This document shows, piece by piece, positions 51,838 to 58,958 of a stretch of DNA of 58,958 bases. Position numbers and translations under genes: made by a program. The notes under the pieces were generated by a model. That model saw only the letters and a program-made list of their open reading frames with translations, did no database searches and was not told the origin of the DNA. Source of the stretch: Octopus bimaculoides (Eukaryota); the NCBI RefSeq assembly GCF_001194135.2, contig NC_068988.1:6394882-6453839 (forward strand). The letters are read 5' to 3'. The stretch's first letter is position 1. Each line of letters opens with the position of its first letter.

Positions 51838-52469
51838 CCGAAATAAGATNNNNNNNNNNNNNNNNNNNNNNNNNNNNNNNNNNNNNNNNNNNNNNNNNNN
51901 NNNNNNNNNNNNNNNNNNNNNNNNNNNNNNNNNNNNNNNNNNNNNNNNNNNNNNNNNNNNNNNNNNNNNNNNNNNNNNNNNNNNNNNNNNNNNNNNNNNN
52001 NNNNNNNNNNNNNNNNNNNNNNNNNNNNNNNNNNNNNNNNNNNNNNNNNNNNNNNNNNNNNNNNNNNNNNNNNNNNNNNNNNNNNNNNNNNNNNNNNNNN
52101 NNNNNNNNNNNNNNNNNNNNNNNNNNNNNNNNNNNNNNNNNNNNNNNNNNNNNNNNNNNNNNNNNNNNNNNNNNNNNNNNNNNNNNNNNNNNNNNNNNNN
52201 NNNNNNNNNNNNNNNNNNNNNNNNNNNNNNNNNNNNNNNNNNNNNNNNNNNNNNNNNNNNNNNNNNNNNNNNNNNNNNNNNNNNNNNNNNNNNNNNNNNN
52301 NNNNNNNNNNNNNNNNNNNNNNNNNNNNNNNNNNNNNNNNNNNNNNNNNNNNNNNNNNNNNNNNNNNNNNNNNNNNNNNNNNNNNNNNNNNNNNNNNNNN
52401 NNNNNNNNNNNNNNNNNNNNNNNNNNNNNNNNGATATTAATTTGTATGGATTCATGTTAGATGTTCTGA

Positions 52470-53111
52470 TCCCTCTCTCTCTCTCACACACACACACTCT
52501 TTCTCTCTCACTCAGTCTTTCTCTCTCTTTCTCTCTCACTCTCACTCTTTTTCTCGCTGTCTGTCTGTCTGTCTCTGTCAGTCTGTCTCTGTCAGTCTGT
52601 CTCTGTCAGTCTGTCTCTGTCAGTCTGTCTCTGTCAGTTTGTCTCTGTCAGTCTGTCTCTTTGCTTGTGTCTCTGCCTCTCTGTCTCTCTCTTTGTCTCT
52701 CTCTTACTCTTTCTCTCTCTCAGTCTCTTTCTCTCATTCTTTCTCACTATTTCTCTCTTTCTCTCACTGTGTCTATCTCCCACTCTCACTCTCTCTATCT
52801 TTGCCTTCTCTCTTTGTCTCTTTTTGTCTCTCTCAGTCTCTCTGTCTCCCTCTCATTCTTTCTCACACTTTCTCTCTTTCTCTCACTGTATCTATCTCCC
52901 ACTCTCACTATCTCTCTTTCTCTCTCTCGCTCTTCCTATTCTTTCTCATTCTTTCTCTCTCTCACTCTTTCTCTCTTTCTCTCACTGTATCTATCTCCCA
53001 CTCTCCCTCTTCCTCTCTCTCTCGCTCTACGTATCCCCCTTCCCTCTCTCCCCCTCTCCCATCTCCCCCTCCCCCTCTCTCGCTCTGCCTACCCCCTCTT
53101 TCTCTCACTCT
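52470..53111. repeat. Polypyrimidine (CT-rich) tract with a 14-bp unit x6 (TCTGTCTCTGTCAG, 52568-52651)
   Basis: Directly visible; a higher-order block CTTTCTCTCACTGT.TCTATCTCCCACTCTC recurs three times. Confidence 0.9.
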
Positions 53112-53921
53112 NNNNNNNNNNNNNNNNNNNNNNNNNNNNNNNNNNNNNNNNNNNNNNNNNNNNNNNNNNNNNNNNNNNNNNNNNNNNNNNNNNNNNNNNN
53201 NNNNNNNNNNNNNNNNNNNNNNNNNNNNNNNNNNNNNNNNNNNNNNNNNNNNNNNNNNNNNNNNNNNNNNNNNNNNNNNNNNNNNNNNNNNNNNNNNNNN
53301 NNNNNNNNNNNNNNNNNNNNNNNNNNNNNNNNNNNNNNNNNNNNNNNNNNNNNNNNNNNNNNNNNNNNNNNNNNNNNNNNNNNNNNNNNNNNNNNNNNNN
53401 NNNNNNNNNNNNNNNNNNNNNNNNNNNNNNNNNNNNNNNNNNNNNNNNNNNNNNNNNNNNNNNNNNNNNNNNNNNNNNNNNNNNNNNNNNNNNNNNNNNN
53501 NNNNNNNNNNNNNNNNNNNNNNNNNNNNNNNNNNNNNNNNNNNNNNNNNNNNNNNNNNNNNNNNNNNNNNNNNNNNNNNNNNNNNNNNNNNNNNNNNNNN
53601 NNNNNNNNNNNNNNNNNNNNNNNNNNNNNNNNNNNNNNNNNNNNNNNNNNNNNNNNNNNNNNNNNNNNNNNNNNNNNNNNNNNNNNNNNNNNNNNNNNNN
53701 NNNNNNNNNNNNNNNNNNNNNNNNNNNNNNNNNNNNNNNNNNNNNNNNNNNNNNNNNNNNNNNNNNNNNNNNNNNNNNNNNNNNNNNNNNNNNNNNNNNN
53801 NNNNNNNNNNNNNNNNNNNNNNNNNNNNNNNNNNNNNNNNNNNNNNNNNNNNNNNNNNNNNNNNNNNNNNNNNNNNNNNNNNNNNNNNNNNNNNNNNNNN
53901 NNNNNNNNNNNNNNNNNNNNN

Positions 53922-53981
<60 letters not shown>

Positions 53982-53997
53982 AACCGCCGCCACCACC

Positions 53998-54031
<34 letters not shown>

Positions 54032-54275
54032 ATTTACTTGACCGTGTATGGTATTTTGTTGTTCTTTTTTGAAGCTCTAGGGCAACCCCGATATTGAGAA
54101 CGTCCAATGACTAAGAGCGTTGTGACCGTGACCATCCCGTCTTTTAAACCTGGTACTTATTTTATCGGTCTTTTGGACGGATTGCTAAGTGTACGTAAAC
54201 AATTCCGATACCGACTCCTTGAGCAAGCCATTTCATTTCACAATGCTGAACATGAATAACAGCCGAGTACTAATA

Positions 54276-54331
<56 letters not shown>

Positions 54332-54534
54332 ACTATCTACCAAACTATCCCTCTCTCTTTCTCCCTTTCTATCTATCTATCTATCTNNNNNNNNNNTCTA
54401 TCTATCTGTCTATCTATCTATCTATCTATCTGTCTATCTATCTATCTATCTCTTTCTTACTCTCTCTCTCTCTCTCTCTCTCCCTCTCTCTTTCTCTTTC
54501 TCTCACCCACTTTCTCTCCCTCGCGAAATGCCTA

Positions 54535-54672
54535 GCGAGGTCGACTTTGCTTTTCATCCTTTCACGGTCGATTAAATAAGTACCAGTTACGCATGTAATC
54601 AGCTTAATTCCTTCGGCTGTCCTCGTTTGTCCCCTCTATGTTTAGCCCCTTGTGGACAATAAAGAAATAAAT
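54535..54672 (+). mobile_element. SINE family B core with an alternative 3' tail
   Basis: GAGGTCGACTTTGCTTTTCATCCTTTCACGGTCGATTAAATAAGTACCAG...TTTAGCCCCTTGTGG. Confidence 0.75.
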
Positions 54673-55135
54673 ATAAGGTGAGTATCAAACTTTACATAGA
54701 ATTTTTCCACCCGATATTCATGCAGTGTATATGCAGATCGCACGATTCACCTAAGGGAATAAATCCGCTCTTGTTTCCACACATGTCCTTTATATAAATG
54801 TACTTTCCAGATACTTCCGAAGTGCATATTCCAGGGTAGGTGAGTAAAATATAAATGAGTAACAAAGATGTGTAAGTGTCAGCTCATTACGGCCTTTTCA
54901 AGCGACTCCTTTAATTGATCAATGAAAGCATTACATCATTACAAAGAAACCTGTTATCATCAGATGACCGCGTAGACCTCAAGCATACAAGAAAAATTAG
55001 ATATTTAAACATNNNNNNNNNNNNNNNNNNNNNNNNNNNNNNNNNNNNNNNNNNNNNNNNNNNNNNNNNNNNNNNNNNNNNNNNNNNNNNNNNNNNNNNN
55101 NNNNNNNNNNNNNNNNNNNNNNNNNNNNNNNNNNN

Positions 55136-55166
<31 letters not shown>

Positions 55167-55225
55167 TATGGGTGTGTGTATGTACGTGCGCATGTCTATA
55201 TATATCTCATATTACGTATCTTATA

Positions 55226-55322
55226 CAGTAATCCTCCGACATAACGCGGTTCACCTATCGCTGTTCACCTATCACGGTGGTGGGGTTGGAAAGTAACACC
55301 CGCGATAGTCGAAGGATTACTG
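55226..55322. mobile_element. 97-bp pogo/Tigger-type MITE (Tc1/mariner superfamily)
   Basis: TIRs CAGTAATCCTCCGACATAACGCGG and the reverse complement CAGTAATCCTTCGACTATCGCGG, with TA on both flanks (55224-55225 and 55323-55324). Confidence 0.75.
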
Positions 55323-55359
55323 TAATACATATACCTATGTGTGTGTGTGTGTGTGTGTC

Positions 55360-55403
<44 letters not shown>

Positions 55404-55894
55404 TATGCAAGTAAATGGAGAGCGAGAGAGAGAGAGAGAGTGTTAATGTGAAAGGAAATAGAGTGAGAATGAGAGCAGGTGAAACTGAATTTTTAGATAT
55501 AAAAATTGTCAAAACTTTTCACAGTGGCGACACACTTCTAAAAAATAAAAAAAAAATTCATGACGTATTAATGACATTTTGCTCGCAATTAAATCTCGTA
55601 TCACGTGTCACCAGTCACGTGTATAATTGCACGCCATGTTTTCTACATCTCAAATATACTTCACAGCGTAATTTTATTGAAAACTGATCAGATTTTAACT
55701 TAACTTTTGTGACACACCTATTGATAATCAGTGGCACAATAAAGTGCCACGGCACGCAATTTAGAAATTTCTGCTGCAAAGTTTCATTTTAATACTTCTG
55801 CAGCTGACGGATGCCAGTCAACACAAGATGTGGACGTGTGTATGACTGTAAAATTGTGTCTTTGTCCATGTGTGTGTGTGTGTATCATATTATA

Positions 55895-56117
55895 TTCTTT
55901 TATCTGCTTCAGTTATTTGACTGCAGTTATTTGACCCCAGGACTTATTCTTTGTAAGATTAGCACTTATTTGATCGGTGTTTCTTGCCGAAACGCTATGT
56001 AACGGGGGCGTATACGCACCAGTATCGGTTGTCAAGCGGTGTTGCGAGGACAAACACAAACATATGCCTATATATACACACTAGCTCGCACACGCACACA
56101 CACGGACACACACACAC

Positions 56118-56148
<31 letters not shown>

Positions 56149-56321
56149 GCACACACACATATACGTCGAGCCTGTTTCAGTTTCCGTCTACCAAATCCAC
56201 TCAGAAGGCTTTGGTCGGCCCGAGGCTATAGTAGAAGACACTTGCCCAAAGTGCCACGCAGTGGGACTGAACCCAGAACCATGTGGGTGGGAAGCAAGCT
56301 TCTTACTACACAGCCACTCCC
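55895..56321 (-). mobile_element. Near full-length SINE family A
   Basis: Colinear with 39832-40221. Confidence 0.85.
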
Positions 56322-56520
56322 GTCCCTCACCTCTCTCTCTCTCTGTCTCTCTCTCTAGGCAGGCATACAGACAAGGACAGAGAGATCTCAGTGAGATATT
56401 TCTTTCAAAGAAAATTATTCAACCAGCGCTAATTGGCTTCAGTTAAACATCTACAACAATTACAATCATCTAGACGTGGATGCAGAAAATATTTCTGGAT
56501 TTCTAACTTAAACAAATTAT

Positions 56521-56728
56521 CGGTTTCATATTTTAGCACAAGGCCTGCAATTTCGGGAAGGGGTAAGTCGATTACGTCGACCCCAGTGTTCAACTGGTAC
56601 TTGTTATATCGACCACGAAAGGTTAAAAGGTTAAGTCCACCTCAACGGAAAGTGAACTCAGAACGTGAGGACGGACGAAATGACGCGAAGCATTTCGCGC
56701 AGCGTGTTAGGGATGCTGCTAGTTCGCC
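56521..56728 (-). mobile_element. SINE family B unit
   Basis: Reverse complement aligns to 56769-56980. Confidence 0.8.
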
Positions 56729-56768
56729 TTCCTGAGCTTAAATATATCGTAATATTTGTGTGGTAGAA

Positions 56769-56980
56769 GGCGGCGTGCTGGCAGAAACGTTAGCGCGCCG
56801 GGTGGAATACTCAGCGGTATTTCGTTTGTCTTTACGTTCTGAGTTCAAATTCCACCGAGGTCAACTTTGAATTTCAACCTTTCGGGGTAGATAAATTAAG
56901 TCCCAGTTACGTACTGGGGTCGATCTAATCCACTGGCCCCTTCCCCCAAAATTTCGGGCCTTGTGCTTAGAGTAGAAACG
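56769..56980 (+). mobile_element. Full SINE family B unit flanked by an 18-bp direct repeat
   Basis: GGCGGCGTGCTGGCAGAAACGTTAGCGCGCCGGG head; AATATTTGTGTGGTAGAA at 56751-56768 and 56981-56998. Confidence 0.88.
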
Positions 56981-56998
56981 AATATTTGTGTGGTAGAA

Positions 56999-57185
56999 TG
57001 TGGTGAGTGGCAGAATCGTTTGCATACTGGGTAACATGCTTTGCGGTGTTTCGTCTGTCTTCACGTTCTGAGTTCAAATTCCGCCAATGTCGATAAAATA
57101 GATTCCAGTTGAGCAATAGGGGTCGTCATCATCATCTAACCCCTCTCCTGAAATTGCTGGCCTTGTGCGAAAATTTGAGATCAGT
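56999..57185 (+). mobile_element. SINE family B unit (more decayed)
   Basis: TGGCAGAATCGTTTGCAT...TTCTGAGTTCAAATTCCGCC...GGCCTTGTGC. Confidence 0.75.
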
Positions 57186-57284
57186 ATTTGAGTATGTATA
57201 GGTATGCAATATTTAGAGCCATTTTCTGTTGAAGACACCTTGGATCTCGTACGATCACCAATGTTAAATAAAGCATATAATATG

Positions 57285-57349
<65 letters not shown>

Positions 57350-57643
57350 TGGAGTTAAACGCAGGTGTTATTCGCTTATTTCGACATATGTTTCGAAGAC
57401 AATATTGGTATTATTCCAGAAGGAATAAAATGGTGTATAACAATGCAATCAGGAAAAGAAACAAACTAAACACATCAATAGGGCATTTTGATAGAATGTG
57501 ATGATTGCGTATAAACATGAAGGAAACACTTTGAAGATTGCATTGTTTTGCACCATTCTATTCCTTTTGGAATATGACCAATGCTGTCTTCGAAACATGT
57601 GTCGGAAGTAAAAGAATTTCAATAACGCCTGCGTTTAACTCCA
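57350..57643. repeat. Inverted repeat with about 100-bp arms and an 85-nt spacer
   Basis: 57350-57450 vs 57536-57643: TGGAGTTAAACGCAGG.GTTATT...TCGACA.ATGTTTCGAAGACA..ATTGGT...AACAATGCAATC on both arms. Confidence 0.85.
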
Positions 57644-57813
57644 TTTCTTTATTTATTTATCTATATTATACAAAACATTTCACCTTAACAGGGAGTTTCT
57701 ACCTTTAAAAATAGATTGTTATATCCTTGTTACTTGTGTGAATTTTCGGTATCCTGGCTACTGTTTATTTATTTTTTCCGTGTTATTTGTAAACACTGAA
57801 AAAACACGCATAC

Positions 57814-57848
<35 letters not shown>

Positions 57849-58220
57849 CTCTCTTTACTCTCTTTTACTTGTTTCAGTCATTTGACTGCGGCCATGCTGG
57901 AACACCGCCTTTAGTCGAGCAAATCGACCCCAGGACTTATTCTTTGAAATCCTAGTACTTATTCTATCGGTCTCTTTTGCCGAACCGCTAAATTGTGTGT
58001 GTGTGTGTGGGGGGACACAGACACAAATATATACATATATATATATATATACATATAAACGACAGGCTTCCTTCAGTTTCGGCCTACCAAATCTATTCGC
58101 AAGGCTTTGATGGGTCCGAGAGTATAGTTGGAGAGACTTGCGTCCAAGATCCCACGCGGTGGGACTGAACCCGGAACCATGTGGTTGGGAAGTAAGTCTC
58201 TTACCTCACAGCCACGGCTG
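57849..58220 (-). mobile_element. Full-length SINE family A
   Basis: Colinear with 39832-40221. Confidence 0.88.
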
Positions 58221-58312
58221 CATGTGTATGTATGTATGTATGTATGTATGCATGTACGTAAGTATATAAGCGTGTGTGTATGTATGCATGTATGTACGGT
58301 TGTATATCTTAT

Positions 58313-58634
58313 GAAGGCATGTGGCATAGTGGTTACGGGTGTTTAGGTCACGAACGCAATGTCGTAAGTTCAATACCAGGCGTCGCGTTGCGTGCTTAGT
58401 CAAGACACTTTACTTCACACCCCTTCAGCCCACTCACCTGGCAGACCCGTGTTGTACTTGTACTTGAAAGGACCAGCCTTGTCACATTCTCTGTCACACT
58501 GGATCTCTCTGATAACTACATTAAAGGATGGCGTGTGTGTGGGGTACTCAACCACCTGCAAGTTAATTTCACGTGCAAGCTGTTCCGTTGATCGGATCAA
58601 CTGGAGCATTCGTCGTCGCTACCGACGGAGTACT
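58313..58634 (+). mobile_element. SINE with tRNA-like head and family C tail
   Basis: GAAGGCATGTGGCATAGTGGTTA...GTTCAATACC head; tail CAAGTTAATTTCACGTGCAAGCTGTTCCGTTGATCGGATCAACTGGA...CCGACGGAGT. Confidence 0.75.
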
Positions 58635-58958
58635 AGCGACATCTATACATATGTGTGTATGTACGTGTCTGCGCGTGTGTGCATGTGCGCATGCGCGCAT
58701 TGAAAGGCTCTACGGATCTGGTTTCCTCTCGATAAGCCATGGCTTGCTTTAACGTTTAAGTCTTCTTCAATGTGTCTGTGTGTCGGAGCTTATCTGTGGA
58801 AGTGTAAATGTGTCTGCTGATGTATATCTGCGTGGATGAATGTGTGTGTGTGTGTGTGCGTGGCAAGATTTCAGTGTCTTTTACTCTGTGTGAGTGTGTG
58901 AGTGTGTGCGTGTGTGTGTGCTTGTGTGTGTGTGTGCGTGTGTGTGTGCGTGTGTGTG

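Larger units (their letters stand above)
51567..51849. mobile_element. Hammerhead-bearing repeat (Penelope-like pLTR-type), copy 2, with 85-bp inverted duplication
   Basis: Arms 51668-51752 and 51765-51849 match at 84 of 85 positions (mismatch 51698/51819) around a 12-nt spacer. Confidence 0.7.
884..55135. other. About 25 assembly gaps (N runs), e.g. 884-1473, 9687-10301, 13684-14621, 28264-28738, 29399-30189, 41187-42114, 46223-47006, 51850-52432, 53112-53921
   Basis: N runs, mostly bordered by microsatellites, as expected for a short-read draft. The span given runs from the first to the last gap and is not one continuous feature. Confidence 0.98.

Noticed and set aside
54811-54839. Micro-exon candidate TTTCCAG|ATACTTCC...GGGTAG|GTGAGT
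   Set aside because: Short pyrimidine tract, two competing donors and ambiguous frame; such matches are expected by chance.
98-58703. Nearly all ORFs in the supplied track
   Set aside because: They are translations of microsatellites (YI, CV, HT, poly-I/D/S/T) or read through N gaps. Only 21997..22410, 22426..22779 and the end of 28183..29043 have protein homology, and that homology is to retrotransposons.

Overview
AT-rich, gap-ridden eukaryotic draft scaffold (about 25 N-gaps, roughly 10 kb in total). It is dominated by di-, tri- and tetranucleotide microsatellites and three recurrent tRNA-derived SINE families, labelled A, B and C here. The repeat consensus sequences look like those of Octopus; this is recognition from memory, not a database result. 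No intact protein-coding gene can be supported, and almost every entry in the ORF track is a microsatellite or N-gap artefact. The only real protein homology is in decayed non-LTR retrotransposons: a Tx1/L1-like RT relic fused to an internally deleted R4/Dong-like RT relic (22070-23529, minus) and a CR1/L2-group 3' end (28739-29150). The most interesting signal is a set of minimal type I hammerhead-ribozyme motifs of the kind associated with Penelope-like elements. One is at 48898-48937 (minus), two lie back-to-back in an 85-bp near-perfect inverted repeat (51668-51849), and a core variant is at 19498-19533. The copies show compensatory base changes in stem I. Other features include a 97-bp pogo/Tigger-type MITE, a probable non-autonomous Helentron, several long hairpins (candidate dsRNA/ADAR substrates) and a few weak promoter or micro-exon candidates.
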